Positions 30,050 to 44,478 of a stretch of 64,000 nucleotides of DNA are shown one piece after another. A program made the position numbers and the translations under genes. How positions within the stretch are numbered: position 1 is the first letter of the stretch; each line of letters starts with the position of its first letter. This DNA comes from Neocallimastix sp. 'constans' (Eukaryota), in contig JBODTK010000149.1 in NCBI GenBank assembly GCA_050613775.1, positions 1 to 64,000 on the forward strand, in the 5' to 3' direction. The notes beneath the pieces are model-generated. The model made no database searches, had not been told where the DNA came from, and was given only the letters and a program-made list of their open reading frames with translations.

Positions 30050-30690
30050 GTAAGACTTCACAAGGGCATTATTATACTGAAGTATAATAATTAATTTTGA
30101 CTTCGCAATGTTAATCATAATTTTAAGATGCAAAATTATGATCTTCATTGGTTGCGCTAGCCCTGCTGGCCTGTCTTACTGTTTCTTCAGCATTGACGCT
30201 CTTGGTAGTAGTAGTACGATTCGATTTGAACCTATTGAACAAAGACCATTGCTGGCCAATAGCAATAGGTATAATCGATTGGAGAAGTGCCGCAGTAACC
30301 ACTAAGAACGGAGTATCAGAATAAGCACCTGATTTCATCTGGCACTTAAATAGATCCTCCCATTCCCTTGTACTGTTATTAATACTTCGACCTCCAAGAA
30401 GGAAATTAAACACTTTTTCACACACACTAGAATCAATATACACATTATTTTCAATACTATTACTAACATTACTAAAAATACTATTACTAATATTACTATT
30501 ACGATTATTACTATTACGATTATTACTATTACTATTATTACTATTACTATTATCATTATTACTATTAACAATATCATTTGTTAGGTTGCCACGGTAAAAA
30601 GCATTATATAAAAATAAAATTTTATCATTAACTTTACTATGAATATGATTGAAAAAAGGACAATCAATTAACCAATGACTTATCCATTGA
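30050..30690 (-). mobile_element. 5'-truncated LINE 3' end (ORF2 C-terminus plus short 3' UTR)
   Basis: SHWLIDCPFF is the second half of a CCHC knuckle, followed by FLLGG and a stop at 30123. A perfect 10-bp hairpin ATTATTATAC-TGAA-GTATAATAAT lies at 30068-30091. Confidence 0.65.
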
Positions 30691-31195
30691 ATATATATAT
30701 CATTATTCAATAAAAATAATTAAAGATTTACACGATTTTTCACCAATGAGCCAACCTATTTCACGATATTATTAGTTAACAGATACATTCATTTTCACTA
30801 TTTTAATTCTTTGTTTTACTATCCATACTATGACTACCGTTAACAATAACTAATATTAACACCAGTTTCAACAATTGATCTATTCACTGTATTTTTATTC
30901 ATAACAACCTCTTTTTAATATTTTCCTTTTTATTTTATTATTTTCCTTTTTTTTCCTTATCTTTCATAACACTACTCCTTTAGTAGTCTTTATTTTATTT
31001 TACTTTTTTTTTTTTTTTTTTTTAAAGAAAAAATTTACAACATTTATTTATATATTCTCAAATACATATTATATAAAATTATATATAAATAATATTATTA
31101 TCATAATTATTTTTTTTAAATCTTTATCATGAATAATATATTAACTATTTATATATATATTTTAATATTTAGTATTTTTGTTTGTTCTGTTTTAT

Positions 31196-31244
<49 letters not shown>

Positions 31245-31568
31245 GTTGTTGTGGTGTTTCGTTTTTAAATAATTTTATCCTTTTATTAAATGTTTTTTTT
31301 TTTTTTATTGTATTATTTTTTATTTTTATTTTTTATTAATAATAACATTATTATTATTTAATATACTAATTATATTCACATAAACATTTTAATAATAATT
31401 TAAAATTATATAAATAGAAAAAAAAAAAAGAGATAAATAGATTTTAATAATAAATTAAAACTAAAACATTAAACACAGTTTAAGATGATTTTTTTAAATA
31501 TTCCATTTTTTTTATCTAAAGAAAAATAAAAAAAAAAAAAATTCTTTAATTTTAGTAAATTATTTTAC

Positions 31569-32560
31569 TTAAAATAAGAATAACACAATAGTGATAGTAG
31601 CAATGACTAAAGACTTCATTAACCATTGTTGTGATATTTTAGAAGCATCATTACTGAAACGATAATCACCTAAACCTTCACAATTTTGAGAAAAAAAGTT
31701 AAATTGAACTTCATTATTAACATCTCTTTCAATAGTCCAAACAAGATCGTAACGTTTGCTTGGATAGGTTGGAGCAATTTGGTATTTCATTCCGAAATTA
31801 ATTAAGAAATTTTTAATTTCATCGTGATTCCATGAAACTAAAACTGGGAATTTAGTTTCATCTAATTCACCAATATCTTTACTTAATTCATCAAGTTCAA
31901 AGGAAGTAAATGAGTTGTTAATAGTTATACCTAAAGCTCTAGCAAGTGGAGCTACAGTTTCAATTTGACGACGAGAATCTGGAATAGTTTCATCTTTCTT
32001 TGATGCTTTTTGGGCATAAATAGTAATTGGTGTTATAGTTTCATTTTTTGTAAATAATTCTCTAATACATTCAGCTCTACGCCATCCCATAGCTGATAAA
32101 TCCTATAATAAAATTTGCAAATTAATAATTATTTTATTAATTTATGTAATATTTTTTTCTATTTCATTAATTTTATTTTATTATTATTTTTTTAATAACA
32201 AATATCTATAAATTATGTAAATCAAATATTTATTTATATAAAAAAAAATATTGAAACTCAAAGTTTTTCAATAATCATCAATATAAAAAAAAAAACATTC
32301 ATTATTTATTAATAATAATTTTCAATACTTTTTAATAATCTATTATATTTTTACTTTTATTTTTAGTTATAATTTAAATATTCAATTAAAACTTAATATA
32401 TATTAATATAAATTTATTTTCTTACATTTCCAGAAGGTGGTTTTTCAGCGTGACGAATTAACATAACTTTTCCTTTTGGAGAAATTTTACTACTTAATAT
32501 TGCAGTACCATAATTGATATAAAAGAAGCAAACAATTAATAATGATATAAACTTGTTCAT
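31569..32560 (-). CDS. Secreted histidine phosphatase / phosphoglycerate-mutase-superfamily protein, probably GPI- or membrane-anchored; 2 exons
   Basis: Exon 1 (32560-32426) reads MNKFISLLIVCFFYINYGTA...VMLIRHAEKPPSGN: signal peptide plus RHxE motif. Exon 2 (32102-31569) reads DLSAMGWRRA...SRRQIETVAPLA...VLVSWNHDEI...RYDLVW and ends in a hydrophobic tail. Confidence 0.85.
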
Positions 32561-33669
32561 TTTTAATATTTATGTGTTTCAGTGCAATAAATTAAAATAT
32601 ATTAAAACTTTTTGTTGTTATAATATGTTCTTTAAAATAAATTCCTTTATTTGTCGTTTTATATTTATTTCTTAATATACTTTAATTCAAATAAAATTAA
32701 CCCAATCTAAAAATAAAAATATATAATATTTTATAATAATAAGAAAATATTTTAGTATTTTATAATATATATATATATTTTTTATAATAAAATAAATTAT
32801 AAATTCTTTTATTCCAACATTTTATTATCGCTTTTATCAAATATTAATTTTTGGTTTTAAATATATATATATATATTCACATCTATTTAAAATTATTCAC
32901 AATCGTTTATTTATATATAAAAAATTCTTATTTTTAATTTTTCCTTTATTTTTATCTTTATATCTTATCCAAATATCATTCACTATATATTCAATTTTTA
33001 ATAAATTATTTTCATTTTCGATTATTATTTTCGATTTTTTCTATCTGTTGAATTATTATTATTATTTTTTTTTAAATATATATTTATAGTTTTTTATTTT
33101 TTCTTTCTTTTAAAAATATATATATAGTTTTGTATTTTTATCTATATTATTTATTATATTTATTAGTACTATATATATATTATTTTGTTATAAAAATATT
33201 CTTATCAATATATCTTTTTTTTTTTTTTTTTTTGATAATTTTTATAATTAATAAAATAAAAAAAAAAAAAATTACAATATTAATACTATTTCTTTTTAAT
33301 CTTTTTTTTTTTTATTTTCTTTTTTAATTATGAAAAATCTATTTTCAAATAAAAAAAGAATAAATAAAAAAAAGTTTATTACTACCGATTTTTTTTTATT
33401 TTTATTTTTCTTTTTATTTTTTTTTATTTTATTTTTTTTTTTTTTTTGTTTGAGAAAGAAAAAAAAAAAAAAAAGAAAAGAAAACTTCTTATAGTTATTA
33501 AAAAAGTAAAGCTGAAAAAAAAATGTATATATAAAAATATTAAAAAAAAAAATATTTTTTATAATCAAAAAAAATTTTTTAAATACAAATTTAATAAAAA
33601 AATATATATATGGATATATAAAAGTTAAACAATACTAATAATAAAAAAAAAAATATTTAATTAAATTAT

Positions 33670-34020
33670 TATCTATTATTCAATTATTTAATTATTTATT
33701 ATTTATTATTCAATTATTTATTATTTATTATTTATTATATATTATTTATTATTTATTATTTATTATTTATTATTTATTATTTATTATTTATTATATATTA
33801 TTTATTATTTATTATTTATTATTTATTATTTATTATTTATTATATAATTATTTATTATTTATTATTTATTATTATTTATAATTAATTAATTACTATTTAT
33901 TATTTATTATTATTTATTATTTATTATTTATTATTTGTTATTTAATTATTTATTATTTATTATTTATTATTTATTATTTATTATTTATTATTTATTATTT
34001 ATTATTTATTATTTATTATG
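33670..34020. repeat. (TTTATTA)n minisatellite; a similar tract lies at about 35690-35880
   Basis: Seen directly. Confidence 0.85.
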
Positions 34021-36249
34021 TTTTATTCAATTATTCAATTAATATTTAAAAAATTAATTATCAGTAATCATGACATAATATTAAGATATTATGATTAAAA
34101 CATTTAAAAAATCTCATTTAATTATGTTTTAATTCTTTCATTTTAACACTTTCTATTTAATTTTAATATACCAGTGAATAGATACATTAAATAATAAAAA
34201 GTCACCACTCACCTAACTTAAATTTCTTATTATAAATTTAACAAGAAACAAAAGCAATTAAATTAACTACATTAACAATTAATATTAAAATATTATTTTC
34301 TTATATATTTATATTTCATTATTTATATTTATTATTTATTATTTATATTTATATATATTTATTATTTATATTTATATAATTTTTATTTTCTTGGTCTCAT
34401 TTAAATTTTATATTAAACCGTATATTAATTATTATTTATTATATTAATACTAATATATTGTCTAAATCAATTGTAATATAAATAGAATTAAAGATTATTT
34501 TATTTATATTTTAATTTTTAATTTTAATTTTATTTTTAATTTTATTTTGTATATAAATAATATCATTATTCTATAAATATATAAACTTTAAATTAAATAT
34601 ATTGGTAAATAGAAAATAATATATTTAAAGCATACTCATAATATATGATAAATGTTATTCAAGGTTTAAATAAGTCCAACCATTAAATTAATAATTACTA
34701 GGGTTACAAATTTCTTATTATTGTATATATTAGTGTATAATGAAATATATGAGAGTGAATAATTATATTTAGCAATATTTTATTAAATTACAATTTAATT
34801 TCATTTCTTGTACTTCGATATTTTAATTTACTAATTACATATATGAATCATCATTATGTAATTAGCAATATAATATAATATATGTACAGTATATTTATAA
34901 TATATATAAAAATGGCGCATTAATTAATAAAGTAACCATTAATGATGAAAATTTATGTTTTAATGAATCATTTAAAAATTTTAATTATATTCAATTTAAT
35001 AGATAAAAAAATATTAACAGAAAGACTTATTTATTTATTAATTATTTATTTATTTATTAATTATTTATTTAATAATTAATTATTTATTTATTAATTAATT
35101 ATTTATTTATTAATTAATTATTTATTTATTTATTAATTAATTATTTATTAATTATTTATTTATTAATTATTTATTTATTTATTATTTATTTATTTATTAT
35201 TTATTTATTTATTTAATAATATACAAAATAAAAATTTTGATTAAATTTTAATTATCCATTTATTTTATTTTATTTTATTTATTTGATATGGTAAAGGTTA
35301 ATTTTGCTATTAACAATAACTATTATATTCTATAATATCTATATTTTATTTTATTATATATGATTACTATGTAAATATTAAAAAAAAAATAAAATAAAAT
35401 TAAGTAGTAGTAGCAGCTATTAATTTATAAGTATTCTACACATCTTACAATAATATATAAATTAACAAAGAGAAAGTCATCACAAAAAATAATTATTAGA
35501 TATTATAATTTGAATTTAAAAATTTTTATTAGACAGCACAAATTGAACATAAACTAATTTTGAATTATTGTTCCTTATTGATAATTGATTGTTGATTAAA
35601 ATTAATTATTGATTAATGATTATTTTATTCATTCAATTATTTACTATTGATAATTGATTATTCAATTATTTAGTAGTTAAATATTTATTATTCTTTTATT
35701 TATTATTTATTATTTATTATTTATTTATTTATTATTCAATTATTTATTATTTATTATTTATTATTCAATTATTTATTATTTATTATTTATTATTTATTAT
35801 TTATTATTTTTTATTTATTATTTATTATTTATTATTATTTATTATTTATTATTTATTATTTATTATTTATTATTTATTATAACTATCTATTATAACTATT
35901 ATTATTATAATTATTATTATATTATTATTATACATCAACAATTATTTATTATAATCAATTATTTATCATTTTATTATTATTAAATATTCTTTTCAATAAT
36001 AAATCAAATTATAAATTATAATATAATAATAAAAGTTCAGAAAAAAATTAAAATATTTTATATTAAAAAAAATTCTATATCTAATATTTAATTAGAACTA
36101 GTAGTAAAATAATGTACTAAATCATATAAAAATATATTACTAATTTGAATAAGCCACATTTTTGTATAAAAAGAATTGAAAATGTATTAATAAATCATTG
36201 TAATAACCTTTTATTAATTTAATTTAACTAATAAAATATAATAAATTTT

Positions 36250-37560
36250 ATATCAAAAGGTAATTGCTTAAAGAAGAATCTCTGACTTTAACAAGAAAAT
36301 CTTAATAACTCGAACAAAATATATCTACAAATAGTATAATTGACCATGAAAAAAAAAAAATTTAAAAAAAATTAACTGAGTAAATGCAACTGTATTATCA
36401 ATTGTGTTCAATAAAATAGAAGATAAAATCTACCAGTTTATCATAAATACTAATTCCTCCCAAGATTTAATTGAAAGTTTAAAAGTACTATTTGAATAAG
36501 ATGAAGATGAAATATCCAATTAAAAATGAATACGTTAAAAGATTTGAGAGTTCAAAGTCATTAAAGATATACTTGGAATTGCCAAGTAAAATGATGATAA
36601 TATTCAAGCGAATGAAGAATAAAAATTTACCAATCACTGAACAAGAAAAAATTGAGTATTTACTTGGATGCATGCCTAAGGATTTCAAACTAATATTTAT
36701 TTCAGGAAAAAACAGATACTGCTTAAAGTCTTTACGAAGACATAAAAAATCAATACAAATTATTATATAATATTGAAAGAAACAAAAAATAACTATAAAA
36801 AGGGAGCTGGAGACATGATGACTATGGATCAGGTCGATAATATTTTTAAGTATAAATAAAAATTCCAATCATTATAAAACTAAAAAAAAATATTGTCGTA
36901 TACGTGATACGAATAACTATAAGGTATCACGCTTAAACTTACTTGCAGAAAAGAAATTATTTACTCAGATATAATGGGACCAATTACTGAATCACTAAGC
37001 AAAAATAAATACATATTAGCATTCTTTGAAGATTACTCCAAGAAAAGGAAAAGTATTCAAAGGAAAAGTATTCAATAAATCCAAATCAGAAGCTGTTAAA
37101 GACATAAAAAAAAAATCTCAAATTTATAAATAATCATAACCCAAATAATAATAATGTAAAAATATTCAAAATGGATAACGCTAAAGAATATACCAATAAA
37201 ATAATTTTAAAAATTATTTTTACAAGAAAAATGATATACAAGAATTTTTCACTTCACTGTATAATCCACAAAATAATGGTGTCGCTGAAGGATTCAATAT
37301 ATCAATATCATCATATGCAAAATCTATTTTATATTCTAGTTGAAACTTAGCTTAAATTTTTTAGGATTTCCACTATCAGACAAGCTACCTATATTTATAA
37401 TTTAATGTCTCACAAAAGTATAAGCAATAAAATCTTCTATGTAATTCATTATGAGAAAGAAGTTATACTGGATCATTTAAAAAAACATTCAGATGCATTA
37501 CATATTATAAAAACTTTAAATCAAAACAAGCATGAACAATTTATAAATATTGATATTTTG
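36250..37560 (+). mobile_element. Heavily decayed Ty1/copia element (gag and integrase remnants)
   Basis: Gag-like EQEKIEYLLGCMP. Integrase motifs in order: SDIMGPI, FEDYSKK, FKMDNAKEY, YNPQNNGVAEGFN, ATYIYN. Confidence 0.75.
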
Positions 37561-37919
37561 TTTGAAATATATTATACAATTTTTGTTGTAGTTAGGTGAG
37601 AATATATTAGTGAAGGATAATGAAAAACCCTTAGTAAAAAAGTTTTTTTTTTTTTGGATTTTCATCATCAAGCAAGCTACCTATATTTATAGTTTAGTGT
37701 TTTACAAAAGTATAAATAATAAAATCTTTGATGAAAAAGAAGTTAAACTGGACCATTTAAAAAAACATTCAGATGCATTCCATATTATAAAAACTTTAAT
37801 TTAACAAGTATGAACAATTTTTAAATATTGATATTTTATTTGAAATATATTATACAATTTTTGTTGTAGTTAGGTGAGAATATATTAATGAAGAATAATA
37901 AAAAAACCTTAGTAAAAAA
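37365..37919. repeat. About 280-bp diverged tandem duplication
   Basis: caagctacctatatttata...catttaaaaaaacattcagatgcatt...gttgtagttaggtgagaatatatta...ccttagtaaaaaa occurs at about 37365-37641 and 37656-37919. Confidence 0.9.
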
Positions 37920-38220
37920 TGAGCTAGTGTACTTCTCAGACGTTAATAGAATATAATAAATACACATTTATATGGTGGTCTTCCTACAGTGAAAAAAAAA
38001 AAAAAAAAAAGTTATAATAGTTATAAGGTTTATATAGAAATATTAACATTCTTAATATATATATATATTTTTCTTGTAATAAAACAAACAATAATATTCA
38101 TGTAGTCATTATTGATTTGATATTTTAATTAATTTAGTTTAGTTTATATTTAAATTTATAAGTTTTAATTAATAGAAATTTAGTTTTGTTTTGTTATCTT
38201 TTTTAATCCAAAATATAATT

Positions 38221-38560
38221 ATGGCAACTAGTCCTTTCGATTATAACTCTTTTAGAACCCCTTTGTTTTAAGTAAAGTTTCCCCATCGCTCCAACATCCA
38301 AATTTAAAGGTGATAGACTTGAATTAAAAGATCTCATTCAGCAATGCCAATTCCATTTCAAATTGAAACCTCTTCTATTTTCCAAAATTGATTCTAATCA
38401 TGTAGCATTTATGTTTTCATTTATGGATAGTTAAGGTCAAATATATCTTTGTTAATTTGATTAAAGTTCATAATCCAGTTTTATATTAGTTAGAAGCCTT
38501 TATTTCTCCATTAAGAAAAGTTTTCTTCAACATTGATACTACCTTTACAGTAACTCCTCC
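38221..38560 (+). mobile_element. Ty3/gypsy gag remnant
   Basis: FPIAPTSKFKGDRLELKDLIQQCQFHFKLKPLLFS...HVAFMFSFM fits the retrotransposon gag pattern P..F.G....L..F...C...F...P..F; stops and frameshifts present. Confidence 0.65.
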
Positions 38561-38769
38561 TCATAACTATTAATATTAATTTCATGATAAATATAATCAA
38601 CTTTTCATAACCATAAATGGAATTATCATGATTCTATTTATCCATTTATGACATGACCATTTTTTATTAGACTAATAGTTTTCATATTATATTTTTTTAA
38701 ATTTTTAATTTTTAATTTTTAATTTTTTCTTCTTTTCTTTAATAAGAAAATTGTTAAGAAATTTATATA

Positions 38770-39230
38770 CTCTTCTTGACCCTAAGTAAAAAGAAATCGG
38801 TCAAATTTGGAAGTACATCCAATACTTCCAATCATTATAATTCAATCGGACAAATTCGCAAACGACGAAACTAAAGCTATTTATATTATATATTTCTTGC
38901 TTGTACTCAAACGCTATGAGTTCTCATGGAGTACTAAGATTCTTTTTTACTCAATTATGATCAAATTATTGACAAGCTAAAATCCGTTTTTTTTGGAAGT
39001 AACGATTCAATCTTTTTAGCCAACCCAAAAAAAAAAATGAGAATCATTAAGCATGAAATGTATTGGAAAAAATTAGAAACTATTTTTTTTTTTATAGAGC
39101 TTAATAGATACTCTTAAGAATCATCGTGGAGCAAAGAAGTCAAAAAAATGAACGCTTTTCTTGCTAACTCAAACGATCATGGGAGCCACTAGATTTCTCA
39201 TAATGCTCCTCTTGGACCTCAACCTTAATT
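38770..39230 (+). mobile_element. Second Ty3/gypsy gag remnant
   Basis: Fragments RNRSNLEV, DKFANDETKAIYIIYFL and YDQIIDKLKSVFFG; frameshifted. Confidence 0.45.
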
Positions 39231-39705
39231 AATTATGCAAACAATCACTTCAAGAATTGATAATATAAGATGCTATATTATTAAATAGATTAACTTTGGA
39301 AAGTTAACATAGTTATATTAAAATAACTAAATGTATAATATAATATATATATATATAGATAATAAGTAAATTATAAAAAATAATAAAATATAAATATATA
39401 TATATATATAAAATAAATAATTGTGTGTAATTATTTATTAATACTATATTAGATATTTTATTTTATTGATAATATTTGTATTATCAATAGTAATAATGGA
39501 TAATAATAATAATAATAATAATTTTATTATAAAAGAATATTTAATTTATAAATTTATTTTAAAAATATATAAAACTTTTAATTTTAATTTTTATATAAAT
39601 ATAAATAATATTTTTTTTAAAGAACATTATATTTTTAAGAACATTTATAGAATATTATATATATATATATTATATTTTAAGATATATAAACCTTTTTTAA
39701 TTTTT

Positions 39706-39743
<38 letters not shown>

Positions 39744-40146
39744 ATTTAATTATAAAGATTTAAAAAAAAAAAAATATTAAATATTAATAAATAATTATTT
39801 TATTAAAAAACTATATTAATAAATAATTATTTTATTAAAAAACTATTGTACTTCTATTAATAACTTTATATTTATATGGTTAATATTTTTTTTATTATTT
39901 AAAAAAAAAAAAAATCTTTGAAATTAAAATATTCTTTATAGTAATACAAAAATTAAAAATTTTATATATCTTTATAAAAAAAAAAAAAATAAAAATAAAA
40001 ATAAAAATAAAAAAAAAAATAAAATATTTAAATAAAAGTTTTAGAAAAAGAAAAAAAAGAAAATCTTTTTTTTCTTTGACTTTCTATGTTTATTTGTTTA
40101 GGATTTTTGTTAATTTATTTATATATAAAATAAAGGATAATACGCC

Positions 40147-40177
<31 letters not shown>

Positions 40178-41031
40178 TAAAATAAAAGACGTCTAATTCA
40201 TATAAAACTTCATTTGTGAAATGAAACAACTCCTTTGATTAATGCTTAGCCGTTATTTTAATTATTTTATTTTAATTAAAAAATAATGAATAAGAATATT
40301 CTACAAAGACAAAATTATTTTAAATATCTAAAAAAAAAAAAAAAATAAAATATTAATGAAAAATACTAAAAAAAAAAAAAAAAAATAAGATATTTTAAAA
40401 ATTGGGCAGTTGTAAAAAAAAAATATTTACTTAAGAACTAATAAAAACAAAATAAATAAAAAAAAAATAAAAAAAAAAAAATAAAAAATAAAAATTAAAA
40501 TTAAATATACAGCTTAAATTTAATTTTTTATTTATCTAAAAAATAAAATTATCCTTTTCATATTTTAATTATTAAAAAAAAAAAAATAATAATATCACTT
40601 TTTTTTTTTTTTTTAAAAAATTTTCTGTATTTAGTTTTAGAAATTTTAATTAATCAATAAAAATAAGAAAAAAAAAAAAAAATTTTTTTCTTGTGTCTAA
40701 GTAAAAAAAAAATTTGTATGTAAAAGTCTAGAGAGAAAAAAGAAAAGTAATACGCCATCTTTCATTTTTTATAAATAAACCAAAAATTTACCAAATTTTT
40801 AATTAAACAATATTAATAATATTATTATTAAATAATAATTTTTCCTTTTTCATAATTATTATTAATAAATAGATATTTAATATTTATTAGCTTAATAATA
40901 TAATATTCATATTCATATTATTAAATTATTCAGTTATTTTATATATTTTATTTATTTTTTTTATTAAGCTATCAGGTTGACTAACAAGCTTAAAATTTAA
41001 AAAAAATAAAAAAAATAAAAAAAAATAAAAA

Positions 41032-41062
<31 letters not shown>

Positions 41063-41076
41063 TAATCATATATAAT

Positions 41077-41691
41077 ATGTCAAATCATAAATTAGTGATA
41101 TATATCCATGGAAAAGGAGGTGATGCAAAAGAAGCAGAACATTATAAACCTCTTTTTAAAGGGTATAATGTTATTGGGTTTGATTATGAAGTTCAAGAAC
41201 CATGGAAAGTAAAAGAAAAGCTATTAGATTTTTATAATTTATACAGTAAGGAATATAAAACAATAATCATCATTGCTAACAGTATAGGTGCCTTCTTTAC
41301 CATGAATTCTCTTTTTGATAAAAAAATTGACAAAGCACTATTCATTTCTCCCATTGTAAATATGGAAAACTTGATTAAAAATATGATGAGTATAGCAAAT
41401 GTAACCGAGAATGAACTCTGTAATAAAAAAGAAATAACCACAGACTTTGGAGAGACATTATCATGGGAATATCTATGTTATATAAGAGAGAATCCATTAA
41501 TATGGAATATTCCTACCTATGTTTTATATGGTGAAAATGACACCTTTACAAGCAAAGATACCATGAAAGAATTTATAGATAAATCAGGGGCAAATTTGAA
41601 TGTTATGAAAAATGGTGAACATTGGTTTCACACAGAAGAACAAATGGAATATCTAGATAATTGGATAAAGAATATTATCATGGAGTTTTGA
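41077..41691 (+). CDS. Intronless alpha/beta-fold hydrolase (esterase-like), bacterial type
   Basis: 204 aa. IYIHGKGG (oxyanion region), IIANSIGA (nucleophile elbow), LYGEND (acid) and GEHWFH (His). No introns, no low-complexity inserts, no signal peptide. Confidence 0.9.
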   Translation: MSNHKLVIYIHGKGGDAKEAEHYKPLFKGYNVIGFDYEVQEPWKVKEKLLDFYNLYSKEYKTIIIIANSIGAFFTMNSLFDKKIDKALFISPIVNMENLIKNMMSIANVTENELCNKKEITTDFGETLSWEYLCYIRENPLIWNIPTYVLYGENDTFTSKDTMKEFIDKSGANLNVMKNGEHWFHTEEQMEYLDNWIKNIIMEF

Positions 41692-44137
41692 ATTTAGTTC
41701 CTAAATATGTTATACTAATAACTAAAATCAGTATTTACCCCCTATTATAATAACACTATAATAAAATGTTTTTTCTTTTTTTTTTTTTATTTTTTTTTTT
41801 ATTTTATTATTTTAATAATTTTTAATGTTCATAATTTTTATAAATAATATTTACTTTTAATTAAATGCTCTGTTCAATCTACATAACCAATACAGTACTG
41901 ATCGATAGTAATAGTAATAATATTTTAAAAGTAAATATATTGATATAAGATATATATATTATATATATTAATATATACTTTGTCACATCATATAAAATAT
42001 TATTGTATATTCATATTAGTATTTAATTTAATATATCATATAAATATTATTTGTTAATTATTATTAATATATATTCCTTTAAAATATATTCCTTTAAATC
42101 TTAATACATATTATTTATATACAAAACGTAATAATTTGGATAAAAAATTCATTTTATTTTTAAAATTATTAAAATTAGTAATGTATGTATACATGCATGT
42201 ATACATGTAAATACATATATGGATATATTAAATATATAGAATTAGTTTTTTAAAGTTTTTTAATTTTTATATTAGTGAGCATCTCTTTAAGCAAAATATG
42301 TTGTTAGTATGCAAAAAATTACATTAAAAAAAGATATAATTTAAAAAAAAAAAAAGTTTTTCAATGAATTATTTCTATTGATAAATATATTATTTATTCA
42401 TCAAATTATAATAAAGTTATCAATATAATATCTTATTCATAAAAAGTAATAAGAAAAAAGCTTTTTTTTTTTTTTTTTTTTTTTTTGATTATAATATTGA
42501 ATAAATAAATAAAATATTTAAAGTATTATATATTTAGTAAATTAAATAGTATTTATCAGTCTTTTTATTCAATATATATGTATATATATAAAAGGCATAT
42601 GAATAATATGAATTATATGAATTATATATTTTTTATTTTTAATTTAATAATAATTCATCCCAAAATATTAATATTATAAAGTTTTATATTTAAAGGTTAT
42701 TTAATAATTTTTATTTTAATAATTATTTTTTATTTTTTTTTTTTTATTTTTTTTTTTTTTTCATTTTTATATTTTGCTATTTAATATTAAATACTCGATA
42801 TTCAATATTTAAATATTTAAATATTCAAATCTATATTCAATATTTAAATGTTAAAGATTTATCATTTACCAATGATACAATTGATACCGAAAATAAATTT
42901 ATCAAAAAACTTTTCAATTATCATTAATTAACAGGGTAAATTTTGATTTTTATTTAAAGAATTACTTTTCCACAATTTTTTTTTTTAATTTACATTTATT
43001 TAAAATACATTACAAAATTAATAATCATCCAATAATATTCTAATATATATAATGTAAAAAAATTAAATTTTGTTTAATTTCATTTAATGAATTGCTAAAA
43101 GTTAACTTTTTTTTTTTTAAAAGTTACTCTATTATTATTATTATAATATATATATAATATTTATTATTAAATTGATAATAGAACTTTCATCAAACTTTTA
43201 TTAGCATTTACTTTTTAATCTATTGAAGTTATCATTCTATAATATTTCTATTTATTATTATCTTTATTATTATTATTAATTATATCAATATTTAAGAATT
43301 CTTAATGATATAATTATTAATTAATTAATTATAATAAAATATAATAATAATTTTTTAATTAAAAATTTATATCTTATTAATTAGTGGAAAAAAAAAAAAA
43401 ACTAATAAATTATTATTATAAAATAATTTATTTACTATATATAAATTTTAATAACTACAAAAAAATTAAATCTATTTCAAAATAGGATTATTATATTAAT
43501 AAATATATAGTAATATGTAATTATTTTAATTTTACATATATTATTAATATGTTTATTACATAAATATACATTTTCAATTCTTTTTATCAAAATATGAAAA
43601 ACTTAAATTATTAATAATCATTAAATGTATAAAAATTATATAAAAAGAAAAAAAAAAAATAAACGGTTATTAAGGTCTTTAACTATTCTTTTTTAATTTT
43701 TAACAAAAAAAAAAAAAAAAAAAAAAAAAAAAGAAAAAAAATAAACATCAATAAAAAGAATTAGGCTAAATTTATTTAATATTCTTGTTCATTATTTTAT
43801 ATTTTATACTACATTAAAAATATATATTAATAAAATTTTAAAATATTAAGCTTATTAATAATATATAAATTATTTAAAAGTTTAAAATAAATAATAATTA
43901 TACAAAATATATTTTATATTTATAATAACCATACTTAATAAATAATAAGGTAATAATATATAATAATTCTTAATAATAATCATAATAAATAATTAAAATA
44001 ATAATAATTTACATATAATTTTTGTATTTATTTTAATATATATATATAAATTATTTCTTAATATATATATAATTGTAAAATTTTATTTTAATTAACCTCA
44101 TACTTTTAACTTTGGTATATATATAAAATTTATTATT

Positions 44138-44175
<38 letters not shown>

Positions 44176-44394
44176 TCTTTAAAGTAAACGAAATCCTAAA
44201 TATATATATATAGTTATCATTTAAGAATAATATTTTAAAATAATATTTAAATTATTTAATATCATTTTTTTCGTTGTAAATAATTTTATAAGTAAATAAA
44301 TAAATATTATATATTGATAAAAAAAAAATAAGAAAGAAAGAAATTATTTTTAGTAAGTAATAACGATAAATTAAAAAAAAAAAAAAATATCAAA

Positions 44395-44446
44395 ATGAAG
44401 TCAGAAGTCGATAATACTTCTTTAGACCAGGAAAATGGTAAATTAT

Positions 44447-44478
<32 letters not shown>

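Noticed and set aside
37920..37990. CACTA/CACTG transposon end or LTR end (...cctacagtg)
   Set aside because: No matching second terminus or TSD found in the window.
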